A stretch of 16,740 nucleotides of DNA from Escherichia coli (GCF_003334385.1 NZ_QOWN01000063.1), one strand, 5' to 3'; shown: positions 1-9,214, counted from the first letter of the stretch. The notes: generated by a model from the letters alone, not told the origin. Program-made: numbers and translations.

Positions 1-63
1 GTTACCAAAGCTGTTCATATCCGGTACCTGATTTTCTCCTGTCCCCACATTCCTCTTTGCCGC

Positions 64-89
64 TTCTCCCAAACCAACCTTTTAGAAAA
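64..89. promoter_or_regulatory. Candidate hix/gix-like invertase crossover half-site upstream of pin
   Basis: TTCTCCCAAACC-AA-CCTTTTAGAAAA lies about 55 bp upstream of the invertase start codon. The left half and AA core resemble recalled hix/gix crossover sites (hixL about TTCTTGAAAACC AA GGTTTTTGATAA). The right half is not a good inverted copy, so this is tentative. Confidence 0.2.
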
Positions 90-143
90 TGCAGTTATTC
101 GGCTCAGATGGCATGATCCCGGATTTTTACAGGGTTATTTCTC

Positions 144-698
144 ATGCTTATTGGCTATGTACGTGTGTCAACAAATGACCAGAACACAGATCTACAACGT
201 AATGCGCTGAACTGTGCAGGATGCGAGCTGATTTTTGAAGACAAGATAAGCGGTACAAAGTCCGAAAGGCCGGGACTGAAAAAACTGCTCAGGACATTAT
301 CGGCAGGTGACACTCTGGTTGTCTGGAAACTGGATCGGCTGGGGCGCAGTATGCGGCATCTGGTCATTCTGGTTGAGGAGTTGCGCGAACGTGGCGTTAA
401 TTTTCGCAGCCTGACGGATGCTATTGATACCAGTACCCCAATGGGGCGCTTTTTCTTTCATGTGATGGGGGCCCTGGCTGAAATGGAACGAGAACTGATT
501 GTTGAACGAACAAAAGCTGGACTGGAAGCTGCTCGCGCACAGGGACGAATTGGTGGACGTCGTCCCAAACTTACACCAGAACAATGGGCGCAGGCCGGAC
601 GATTAATTGCAGCAGGAATTCCTCGCCAGAAGGTGGCGATCATCTATGATGTTGGTGTATCGACACTGTATAAGAAGTTTCCGGCCGGAGATAAATGA
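144..698 (+). CDS. pin: Serine recombinase, Pin/Gin/Hin/Cin-family DNA invertase (184 aa)
   Basis: ATG at 144. N-terminal catalytic motif MLIGYVRVSTNDQ with the nucleophilic Ser, a resolvase/invertase core (DTLVVWKLDRLGRS) and a C-terminal HTH (VAIIYDVGVSTLYKK). Length and sequence are closely similar to PinE/Gin as recalled. Confidence 0.9.
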   Translation: MLIGYVRVSTNDQNTDLQRNALNCAGCELIFEDKISGTKSERPGLKKLLRTLSAGDTLVVWKLDRLGRSMRHLVILVEELRERGVNFRSLTDAIDTSTPMGRFFFHVMGALAEMERELIVERTKAGLEAARAQGRIGGRRPKLTPEQWAQAGRLIAAGIPRQKVAIIYDVGVSTLYKKFPAGDK

Positions 699-700
699 AA

Positions 701-742
701 CCGTAGCACGTCGTATGCAAGATCGTGCTGCGGTTTATGCTT
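701..742. terminator. Hairpin between convergent pin and GIY-YIG genes (putative bidirectional rho-independent terminator)
   Basis: 10-bp stem CCGTAGCACG (701-710) pairing with CGTGCTGCGG (724-733), including one G-U pair, around a 13-nt loop. It is followed by TTTATGCTT on the + strand and by a T-rich run (complement of 690-700) on the - strand. Confidence 0.45.
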
Positions 743-755
743 ACCACTTGAAGAT

Positions 756-1625
<870 letters not shown>

Positions 1626-1709
1626 CTAACCCTTTGAATTTACATAGCGCAAAAAGATACCTTTCCTCATAATGTGAGCTAATTTTATGTTTCGTTTGAT
1701 GATCGGGTC

Positions 1710-1770
1710 GGTCTCGAAAACCGGAGTAGGGGCAACTCTACCGGGGGTTCAAATCCCCCTCTCTCCGCCA
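1710..1770 (+). pseudogene. tRNA-Ser(CGA) 3' fragment (serU-like; anticodon arm, long variable arm, T-arm, acceptor 3' strand and CCA), att-remnant-like
   Basis: GGTCTCGAAAACCGGAGTAGGGGCAACTCTACCGGGGGTTCAAATCCCCCTCTCTCCGCCA matches the 3' two-thirds of a class II tRNA-Ser with anticodon CGA. No 5' acceptor strand (GGAGAGA) is present upstream, so it is a fragment, not a gene. Confidence 0.6.
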
Positions 1771-2352
1771 CTTTATCAATGACTTATCTCCTGACTTCCC
1801 GCCTTGCTTTTCCTAAACAGAACAATCGTAGAATATTCTTGAAGGGTTAGATCGTCACTGTTTTCTGTTCGATACTGTGACATTCAGCACTTGATTCGCT
1901 ATGGATCTGACAGGAAGGTTTTGAGCGAAAATCTGCAGTTATTCAGTCGTTTTCTTATCGGTCACCATTATTCTTTTAGACATTGATCCTACAAAGCTGC
2001 CGCAAAGTTGGTGGTGGGAACTGAAGTTGCGTAGAGAAGGGGTCAATACCCGGAGGCAAACATGGGCTGGCAAAAGTGTAGCGGCATTAGGCGCAGCTAT
2101 TTAGCCTAGTTATGTTTTATGAAAACTTGATATCATATAAGTGTCTTACTTATTGGCTGTAAATAAGTTTTTCCTAAGGAATTGTTTCTTGAGTATCATT
2201 TGTAACTGTAACGGAATTTATAATCCTTTGCTTTATTGTTACGGTATTTTTTATCACACCCTATTTTTAGTGGTTTTTTATACTGAAGTTTGGCAAAGTG
2301 AACTTTATATACATATACTTCATCCTGGTTTCAGTTAAATTGGGTGGATGAT

Positions 2353-3096
2353 ATGGCAACTACATGTTCAGTTATATTGATTTTGGAGTCCTTTGATGTT
2401 TATTTCGGAAAAGAGAGTGTGTTTCTGGAGAGAGGTTCATCTGTACTTGTCGACTCTAGCTCTAGAGATTTTTTCCTGACATATCCTGAAAGAGTGATAG
2501 TGGCGGATTTTGGCGCTGAGTTTATTAGTCGCTATTTGAAAGCTAATAACTTAAGGGATATTTCTGATTGTAGGGAATATCCATCTTATTTAAAAATAAA
2601 CTTTGCTGACTTCAGTTTAATTAAAGGATTAATTAGTTGGGCTAATCACTGTGCTGAATACATAGAAATTTTTGATGAGTCTATTGCTTTTACATGTCTC
2701 TCTGCATTTTCTTCTGAAAAACAATTTGGAGTATTTCTGTTTGGATGTTTGAAAAGCACAGGGGCTAAAGTTAAAACGATTATTCATACGGATTTATCTG
2801 CACCATGGCGTCTTAAGGATATATCATCAAGATTATATCTCAGCGAAAGTTTACTAAAGAGGAAATTGAAAGAAGAGGGGGTATCATTCAGTAAGATCAT
2901 ACTTGATGAGAGGATGCAAATGGCTGAATATTTACTCAGCACTCGTTGTTATCCTATTAGTAAAGTAGCTAAGGTCTGTGGTTATGCCAGTGTCTCATAC
3001 TTTACTTATGTATTTAGACGTTATTTTGGTGTTTCTCCAAGTCAATACTCTCAGAGGAGTTCAGAAAGTAAAATTCTTACTCACCAGGGAATCTGA
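2353..3096 (+). CDS. AraC/XylS-family transcriptional regulator (Rns/AggR/ToxT-like size, about 247 aa) in AT-rich DNA
   Basis: C-terminal double HTH typical of AraC family (WRLKDISSRLYLSESLLKRKLKEEGVSFSKI...VAKVCGYASVSYFTYVFRRYFGVSPSQY). Strongly AT-rich codon usage unlike the flanking core genes. The ORF track starts at GTG 2344; the first ATG is at 2353 with a GGGTGG purine tract upstream. Confidence 0.75.
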   Translation: MATTCSVILILESFDVYFGKESVFLERGSSVLVDSSSRDFFLTYPERVIVADFGAEFISRYLKANNLRDISDCREYPSYLKINFADFSLIKGLISWANHCAEYIEIFDESIAFTCLSAFSSEKQFGVFLFGCLKSTGAKVKTIIHTDLSAPWRLKDISSRLYLSESLLKRKLKEEGVSFSKIILDERMQMAEYLLSTRCYPISKVAKVCGYASVSYFTYVFRRYFGVSPSQYSQRSSESKILTHQGI

Positions 3097-3100
3097 TCAT

Positions 3101-3600
3101 TGTTCTTGCCCCCTTATTTCCAGACAGGGGGTGTATCTTAAGTTAACGTTACCCGCTGACGTCGATATTCTCGCGGAGAGCGATAACCCAACGCACTGTG
3201 CGGATGGTGTTCATTGTAATGTTCGATCGCCACTGCAAGATTATGCAATGCCGTTCTTACATTCGGTTTCGGCATGAACGCGATGTAGTCTTCCTTCATC
3301 GTTTTCACGAACCTTTCTGCAATTCCATTACTCTGAGGACTGCTGATTGCCGTTGTGCAGGGCTCCAGATTCAACTCTCTGGCGAACTGCCGTGTTTCAT
3401 GCGCTCTATACGCTGAACCGTTATCTGTCAGCCACTGGATGGACTGTTCCGGTACTTTATCGCCGAAGCGTTTTTCTATCGCTCCTAACATGACATCCTG
3501 CACTGTCGCTTTATCGTAACCTCCCGTGCTTGCGGCCCAGTCTATGGCTTCACGATCGCAACAGTCCAGGGCGATTCATCTGGGCCAATCCTCGCTCATA
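3101..3600 (-). mobile_element. Truncated IS3-family (IS2-group) insertion sequence remnant
   Basis: Terminal sequence TGTTCTTGCCCCCTTATTTCCAGACAGG at 3101-3128 resembles the IS2 inverted-repeat end (TGGATTTGCCCCTATATTTCCAGACATC as recalled). It is followed by the C-terminal part of an IS2 InsD-like transposase. The inner boundary is uncertain and no second terminal repeat was identified. Confidence 0.65.
3138..3575 (-). pseudogene. IS2 InsD-like (IS3 family OrfB) transposase, C-terminal fragment only
   Basis: Translation ...[31 protein letters not shown]...[51 protein letters not shown]...[18 protein letters not shown] has the DDE-core C-terminal signature of IS2-type transposases. The frame is closed by a stop at 3576-3578; the N-terminal half and the OrfA gene are absent. 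Confidence 0.7.
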
Positions 3601-3850
3601 ACAGGCATTCACTTCAGTCATGGCAGAAAGGTATGCATGCTGGAGAAGTCGTGAAAGAAAAGAAGACTGCTGCGCCGTTTGTCGTCACGTTTATCTTCAT
3701 TGGCTATGCAAGTCGTAATACAAGGTGGGACAAAACTGAGACACATAAGGCCTCGCAATGGCTTGCAAGGCTTTACATGTTTTGATGTGGTGGGACGTGT
3801 GAGCGCAGTGTTGATGGGGTAATGCTTTGAATTAGAAGCGGATTCTTATA

Positions 3851-3895
3851 ATTCGTAATGCGAAGGTCGTAGGTTCGACTCCTATTATCGCACCA
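3851..3895 (+). pseudogene. ptwF: tRNA-Thr(CGU) 3' fragment (thrW-like; corresponds to the ptwF pseudo-tRNA of K-12), island right-end att remnant
   Basis: ATTCGTAATGCGAAGGTCGTAGGTTCGACTCCTATTATCG-CACCA matches tRNA-Thr from the anticodon loop (CGT) to CCA with one G missing near the 3' end. No 5' half is present. It lies immediately before the core yagP-pao genes. Confidence 0.7.
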
Positions 3896-4021
3896 TTAAA
3901 ATCAAAGAGTTACCCCATATTTAAATACACCACGTTTCCTCCTGTGCCGTATTTGTGCCATTGTAACCTTGGCAATTCATCAAAATACTGTTCTGACATC
4001 AGGCAGTGCAGGTGCAGACAT

Positions 4022-4432
4022 TTAAGCCAATTGCTGCCGCCATTCTTTGACGTAGTCAATCAGGGCGCGGAGCTTTGGTGCAATATTGCGACGCTGTGGG
4101 AAATACAGATAGAAGCCCGGAAATTGTGGAAGAAAGTCATCAAGCAGCGATACAAGCTTACCGCTTTCAATATATGGCCTGAAAGTTTCCTGAGTGGCAA
4201 TTGTTATTCCTCCGCCGGCAAGAGCCAGCCTCAACATCAGACGCAGATCATTAGTCGTAATCTGCGGTTCAATCGCAAGGTCGAAAGTTCTCCCGTTTTC
4301 TTCAAATGGCCAGCGATAAGGCGCAACCTCCGGGGACTGACGCCAGCCGATACACTTATGGGTATTTCCCCCGGAGGCGAGAAAGCGCTCTCCACGCCCG
4401 GCCGCAAGGATCAGGACGACGGGGGCAGGCAT
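4022..4432 (-). pseudogene. yagP: LysR-family regulator remnant, C-terminal effector-binding portion only (136 aa)
   Basis: Translation from the internal ATG at 4432 gives 136 aa with a LysR C-terminal domain signature (...GGGITIATQETFRPYIESGKLVSLLDDFLPQFPGFYLYFPQRRNIAPKLRALIDYV). No HTH domain is present. Its 5' end overlaps the paoD stop region (4411-4432). Position and length match K-12 yagP. Confidence 0.6.
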
Positions 4433-5367
4433 GAATCCTCCTCCTGATGGAGACGTACAGAGGCGACTTCTGCCAGCACGGAGAGTGCCAGAGTATGCGC
4501 ATCCCGGGCTTTGGGGAATATCCCGACGGGTGCCCGGATTTGCGTTGTTTCCTCCCTGGACCATCCCAGCTCGTGGAGCTTTTGCAGACGTAACGTGTGG
4601 GTTCGATAGCTGCCCAATGCGCCGAGATAAAAGGGTTTTGCTTCTCGCGCGGCCTGCAACACTGGCAGCTCCCGGTTGAGATCATGGCACAGCAAAATGA
4701 CCGCCGTATCGGTATCGATCTGAGCGCTGGCTGAGGCCGGAAAAAGATCGAAGATATGGCTGTCATAGCCTGTGGCTGCTGCAAGACTCGCGGTTGCCTG
4801 CGCCTCAAGAGAACGTCCGTAAATCATCAGCCTGACGCATGGCCTGAACCCCACCTCAAAGCCATTGAGATTCCAGCCCGTCCGGGTTTGCGTGGGCAGG
4901 CACACCAGCGATTGTGCTTGCGGATCGTAGCGCAGCCCCACCGGTTTTCTCTGTTCCAGGCGGTTCAGCACGGCGAGCAGAGGCTGTGCCGAGCGTAGTT
5001 TATGGAGCGTCAGCGTGATCCCACCGCCGCAGGGCAGAACGATGTCAAACCACGGCGAACCTTCGCCATAGCGAATTTCGCGATCGCGGCCTGAGCCCAT
5101 CATCTCCAGCGCTTCAAAAGCGGCAGCGGCCTCCACGCAGCCGCCAGAGACAAAACCGCAGTAACGACCATCTTCGCGCACCACCATCTGCGCCCCGAGC
5201 GGGCGCGCCGCGCCGCCGCGTATCTCCACCAGCGTCACCAGCACCGCTCCTTTACCGGACATTAGCGCCTCTACGGCGAAGCGCAGAATGGTCCGGTGGT
5301 CATCGGTGAGAAACGCCTGCTCTGGCTTATGCCAGTGTTCGTCTTTGTCAAAAAGCGGGTATGACAT
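4411..5367 (-). CDS. paoD: Molybdenum cofactor insertion chaperone, XdhC family (318 aa)
   Basis: ATG at 5365-5367 with a GGAGGA Shine-Dalgarno sequence 4-9 nt upstream. 318 aa, last gene after paoC. Length and position match K-12 PaoD (YagQ). Confidence 0.9.
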   Translation of the reverse strand: MSYPLFDKDEHWHKPEQAFLTDDHRTILRFAVEALMSGKGAVLVTLVEIRGGAARPLGAQMVVREDGRYCGFVSGGCVEAAAAFEALEMMGSGRDREIRYGEGSPWFDIVLPCGGGITLTLHKLRSAQPLLAVLNRLEQRKPVGLRYDPQAQSLVCLPTQTRTGWNLNGFEVGFRPCVRLMIYGRSLEAQATASLAAATGYDSHIFDLFPASASAQIDTDTAVILLCHDLNRELPVLQAAREAKPFYLGALGSYRTHTLRLQKLHELGWSREETTQIRAPVGIFPKARDAHTLALSVLAEVASVRLHQEEDSCLPPSS

Positions 5368-5376
5368 TGTTCCTCC

Positions 5377-7575
5377 TTAAACCACATCCGGCAGCTTATC
5401 GAGCAGCTTATCCAGAGTGATGGGATAATCCCGTACCCGAATACCGGTGGCGTTATACACCGCGTTGGCGATAGCCGCGCTCACGCCGCACAGGCCCAGC
5501 TCACCGACACCTTTGGCCTTCATCGGGGAGGATATGGGGTCGGTATCATCCAGGAAAATCACCTCCTGTTTTGGGATATCCGCATGAACCGGCACCTCAT
5601 ACCCCGCCATATCGTGATTAACGAAGTAGCCCAAACGGTCATCCACCGCCAGCTCCTCCATCAGTGCCGCGCCCATGCCCATAGTCATTGCGCCAATGAC
5701 CTGGCTGCGCGCAGTTTTCGGATTCAGGATGCGTCCTGCAGCACACACAGCGAGCATACGCCGGACCCGAACTTCTCCCGTCGCGCTATGCACGCCGACC
5801 TCCACAAAATGCCCGGCAAAGGTCGACTGCTGGTACTCTTTGCTCAGTGTTCCGAATTCAATGCTCTCTTCCGCTGTCAGTCTGCCGCCTGCGGTGGCTT
5901 CATGTAGCGTGGCGCTTCGGGTACCGTTGGTAATCTTGCCGTCGGCAAACTGCGACTGCTCAGGATCAAACCCGACTGCCGAGGCAATCATTTCGCGAAG
6001 CTTCATACAGGCGGCGTAAACGCCGGAGGTGGAGGTATTCGCGCCCCATTGTCCACCAGAACCCGCAGAAACCGGGAAACTGGAATCGCCGAGGTGAACC
6101 GCAACCTGCTCCAGCGGTACGCCAAGCATTTCCGCTGCCGTCTGGGCCAGAATGGTGTAGCTGCCGGTGCCAATGTCGGTCATGTCCGTTTCTACGGTAA
6201 CGGTGCCGTTTTGTTCGAGGTGAACCCGAGCACCCGATTTTTCCAGCAGATTATTGCGAAAGCCCGCCGCAACACCGTGGCCGACTAGCCACTCCCCGTC
6301 GCGCACCTGTCCGGGTGTGGCGTTGCGCTGCTTCCAGCCAAATTTATCCGCTCCGGTGCGCAAGCACTCGATAAGCTGACGGCGAGAGAAGCAGCGCGTC
6401 GGGTCGGCGGGGTCAACCTGAGTGTCATTCAGGATGCGAAACTCGACGGGATCGATGCCCGCTTTTTCCGCCAGTTCGTCGATCGCGATTTCGAGCGCCA
6501 TCAGACCGGGGGCTTCGCCGGGCGCACGCATGGCGTTCCCTTCCGGCAAATCAAGCGTGGCGAGCCGCAGGCCGGTATGACGATTCGCCCCGGCGTAGAG
6601 TAATTCGCTTTGCTGTACCGCCGTTTCCGGCGTGCCGCCGGGCAGGTTTCCAGACCAGCTTTCATGTGAGATAGCGGTGATTTTCCCGCTCTGGTCGGCA
6701 CCGATACGCAAGTGCTGAAGGGTGGCGGGGCGGTGCGTGGTGTTATTGGGAATAGAGGGGCGGGGGAGCATCACTTTAACCGGACGTTTCACCGCTCGGG
6801 CGGCGAGGGCCGCCAGCAGCGCATCGCTTCTCAGGAACAGCTTGCCGCCAAACCCTCCGCCGATATACGGGGAGATAATACGCACATTCTCCACGGGAAC
6901 TTTCAGCGTTTTTGCCAGATCGGTGCGGCACCAGTCAATCATCTGATTTGAGGTCCAGAGGGTAAGCTTATTTCCATCCCAGACGGCCATCGAGGCATGC
7001 GGCTCCATCGCCATATGGCTCTGGTCCGGGGTCGTGTAGGTAGCATCAATCTTCACCGCAGCGGAGGTGAAAGCCCCGTCAAAGTCACCGACGTTTTTGT
7101 CGGGCGTGTCTTCCGGCGGCTGATTGACGGCCTGTTTTTCGTCCGCCAGGGAGTAAGCTCCTTTATTACGGCGATAGTGTGCCTGCACCAGCGAGGCCGC
7201 CGCTCGCGCCTGTTCGAAGGTCTCGGCCACTACCAGCGCAATGGCCTGATGATAGTGCTCAATAGTGGGGCCGCCTAACAGCCTGGCGGTGTTTTTGTCG
7301 CCTTTGCCGAGTGCCCCGGCGTTACTGGCGGTAATGACAGCCAGTACGCCCGGCGCTTTTTGCGCGGCGTCCGTATCAAGGGCGGTGAGGCGTCCTTTGG
7401 CAATGGCGGAACCGACGATATAGCCATAGGCGGCGTTGGGGGCTTCTTCATGCCATTCGTAGGCGTAGCGTGCCGTGCCGGTAGTTTTCAGCGGTCCGTC
7501 GATGCGGTCATGGGGACGACCGACAACCTTCAGCTGATCGATCGGGTTTTCCCCTGCGGGTTTATCAAATTTCAT
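5377..7575 (-). CDS. paoC: Aldehyde oxidoreductase molybdopterin-binding large subunit (732 aa)
   Basis: 732-aa xanthine dehydrogenase-family molybdenum subunit ([21 protein letters not shown]...; GGGFGGK motif). Start ATG overlaps the paoB stop as ATGA at 7572-7575. Confidence 0.95.
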   Translation of the reverse strand: MKFDKPAGENPIDQLKVVGRPHDRIDGPLKTTGTARYAYEWHEEAPNAAYGYIVGSAIAKGRLTALDTDAAQKAPGVLAVITASNAGALGKGDKNTARLLGGPTIEHYHQAIALVVAETFEQARAAASLVQAHYRRNKGAYSLADEKQAVNQPPEDTPDKNVGDFDGAFTSAAVKIDATYTTPDQSHMAMEPHASMAVWDGNKLTLWTSNQMIDWCRTDLAKTLKVPVENVRIISPYIGGGFGGKLFLRSDALLAALAARAVKRPVKVMLPRPSIPNNTTHRPATLQHLRIGADQSGKITAISHESWSGNLPGGTPETAVQQSELLYAGANRHTGLRLATLDLPEGNAMRAPGEAPGLMALEIAIDELAEKAGIDPVEFRILNDTQVDPADPTRCFSRRQLIECLRTGADKFGWKQRNATPGQVRDGEWLVGHGVAAGFRNNLLEKSGARVHLEQNGTVTVETDMTDIGTGSYTILAQTAAEMLGVPLEQVAVHLGDSSFPVSAGSGGQWGANTSTSGVYAACMKLREMIASAVGFDPEQSQFADGKITNGTRSATLHEATAGGRLTAEESIEFGTLSKEYQQSTFAGHFVEVGVHSATGEVRVRRMLAVCAAGRILNPKTARSQVIGAMTMGMGAALMEELAVDDRLGYFVNHDMAGYEVPVHADIPKQEVIFLDDTDPISSPMKAKGVGELGLCGVSAAIANAVYNATGIRVRDYPITLDKLLDKLPDVV

Positions 7576-8528
7576 GCCTGTGCCCTCGCTTCAGCCAGTA
7601 CGGAGGCAAGCGTTCGCTTCGCCAACAGGAGTTTAAAGGTGTTTTCAGCGGTGGGATGGGCGCTGGCGAACAGCGTGTCATATACGGCCTGCGCCCCCTG
7701 GGATAGCTGAGCATCCGCAGCCTCAATGCGCCAGGGCTTATGTGCTACTCCGCCCAGCGCGACGCGCCCGCTGCCGTCAGGCTGAATAATCGCCGCGACC
7801 GATACCAGGGCAAAGGCGTAGGAGGCGCGATCGCGCACCTTACGGTAGATATGTTTTCCGCCGAGCGGTGGAGGTAACGTCACCGCAACGATAAGCTCAC
7901 CGGGAAGCAGGGCGGTTTCAATGTGCGGCGTTTTTCCCGGAGGGTGATAAAAATCAGCCAGTGTGATACTGCGAGTCTTTCCCTCCGGCGTGATGGTTTC
8001 CACCACCGCATCCAGCAACCGCATTGCGACCGCCATATCGCTCGGATGGGTGGCAATGCAGGCTTCGCTTACGCCTACCACCGCGTGCTGACGGCTAAAG
8101 CCTTCAAGCGCCGCGCAGCCGCTCCCGGGCAGGCGCTTATTGCAGGGCTGATTGGTGTCGTAAAAATAGGGGCAGCGCGTGCGCTGGAGCAGATTACCTG
8201 CGGTGGTTGCCTGATTACGTAACTGACCAGACGCGCCAGCGAGCAGGGCGCGGGAGAGTACCGCGTAATCACGACGCACGCGCTCGTGAGCCGCCAGGTC
8301 GGTGTTCCGTACCAGTGCGCCGATGCGCAGCCCACCCGCGTCGGTCACTTCAATCTTATCGAGCCCGAGGCCGTTCACATCGATAAGGTGGGTGGGCGTT
8401 TCAATTTCCAGCTTCATCAGGTCCAGCAGATTGGTCCCGCCCGCGATAAATTTTGCGCCGGGTACGCGCTGAGCGCTAAGTGCCGCCTCGGCTGGGGTAT
8501 TCACTCGTTCATAGGTAAACGCCTTCAT
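7572..8528 (-). CDS. paoB: Aldehyde oxidoreductase FAD-binding medium subunit (318 aa)
   Basis: 318-aa CO dehydrogenase/XDH medium-subunit-like protein with an FAD-binding fold ([11 protein letters not shown]) and a Cys-rich insert ([11 protein letters not shown]...GSGC). Start overlaps the paoA stop as ATGA at 8525-8528. Confidence 0.95.
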   Translation of the reverse strand: MKAFTYERVNTPAEAALSAQRVPGAKFIAGGTNLLDLMKLEIETPTHLIDVNGLGLDKIEVTDAGGLRIGALVRNTDLAAHERVRRDYAVLSRALLAGASGQLRNQATTAGNLLQRTRCPYFYDTNQPCNKRLPGSGCAALEGFSRQHAVVGVSEACIATHPSDMAVAMRLLDAVVETITPEGKTRSITLADFYHPPGKTPHIETALLPGELIVAVTLPPPLGGKHIYRKVRDRASYAFALVSVAAIIQPDGSGRVALGGVAHKPWRIEAADAQLSQGAQAVYDTLFASAHPTAENTFKLLLAKRTLASVLAEARAQA

Positions 8529-9214
8529 GATTTTATCTCCCCCGCAGCATCTTCAATGGCGGCAAGGATGTTAGCGTATGCACCACAGCGACAGATGTTG
8601 CCGCTCATACGTTCACGGATCTCATCGGCAGTTGTTTCTGGAGCGGAAACCAAATCGACCGTGACGTGACTGGGAATGCCGTCCTGAATCTCTTTTAGCA
8701 CCGCTACTGATGAGCAAATTTGCCCGGAGGTGCAGTAGCCGCACTGGAAGCCATCATGCTTGATAAAGGCCGCCTGCATGGGGTGAAGATTATCTGGCGA
8801 ACCCAGGCCTTCAATGGTGGTGATCTCGGCCCCCTGATGCATGACTGCAAGCGTCAGGCAGGCATTAAGCCTGCGACCATTGACCAGCACGGTACAGGCT
8901 CCGCACTGTCCGTGATCGCAACCTTTCTTGGTACCGATCAAATGCAGATTTTCACGCAAAGTGTCCAGTAGCGTGGTTCGGGTATCCACCTCAAGCTGCT
9001 CGGTTTTGCCGTTCACCTTCAGTGTCAGGGGCATTATCTCTGGCGCGGGTGTAGCTGCCGGAACGCTTGCCGCCAGCGTAGAATGAGGATAAACCACGGC
9101 GGTCGCCGCTGTTGCGGCGCTCACTTTAATCAGATCGCGACGGGTCAAACTTAAATCGTGCGGCTCGTGCTTCCCAACCCGATTATCTTCGGGGTATTCG
9201 CCTTGGTTGCTCAT
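8525..9214 (-). CDS. paoA: Aldehyde oxidoreductase iron-sulfur small subunit with twin-arginine (Tat) signal peptide (229 aa)
   Basis: N-terminal Tat motif [17 protein letters not shown], and two [2Fe-2S] Cys motifs ([19 protein letters not shown]...CRCGAY). GGAGG Shine-Dalgarno sequence upstream of ATG 9212-9214. Confidence 0.95.
   Translation of the reverse strand: MSNQGEYPEDNRVGKHEPHDLSLTRRDLIKVSAATAATAVVYPHSTLAASVPAATPAPEIMPLTLKVNGKTEQLEVDTRTTLLDTLRENLHLIGTKKGCDHGQCGACTVLVNGRRLNACLTLAVMHQGAEITTIEGLGSPDNLHPMQAAFIKHDGFQCGYCTSGQICSSVAVLKEIQDGIPSHVTVDLVSAPETTADEIRERMSGNICRCGAYANILAAIEDAAGEIKS

Noticed and set aside
155-643. Minus-strand ORFs 155-367, 297-584, 458-643
   Set aside because: Antisense within the invertase gene.
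2141-2338. 65-codon ORF just upstream of the AraC-family gene
   Set aside because: Extremely AT-rich and low complexity (runs of Phe/Leu/Tyr/Ile codons), no ribosome binding site; more likely the promoter/leader of the regulator gene than coding.
2978-3416. ORFs 2978-3277 (+) and 3198-3416 (+)
   Set aside because: They span the junction of the regulator gene and the IS remnant or lie antisense to the transposase fragment; chimeric, not plausible genes.
3944-4447. 167-codon plus-strand ORF
   Set aside because: Antisense to the yagP LysR remnant and the paoD 3' end; no motif support.
4022-4564. 180-codon extended form of the yagP ORF
   Set aside because: The extra 44 N-terminal codons overlap the paoD coding sequence in another frame and lack LysR HTH features; the internal ATG at 4432 gives the 136-aa form consistent with the K-12 gene length.
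4356-4808. 150-codon minus-strand ORF and 4431-4679 / 4756-4998 plus-strand ORFs
   Set aside because: Alternative frames inside paoD; Arg/Pro/Cys-rich low-complexity translations typical of off-frame GC-rich sequence.
5584-8669. Numerous plus-strand ORFs of 60-130 codons (e.g. 5584-5907, 5675-6019, 6049-6288, 6712-6951, 6997-7278, 7360-7710, 7923-8222, 8286-8669) and short minus-strand ORFs (6501-6701, 8075-8335)
   Set aside because: All lie antisense to or out of frame within the paoC/paoB coding sequence, have no recognisable motifs, and are the usual open-frame artefacts of GC-rich coding DNA.
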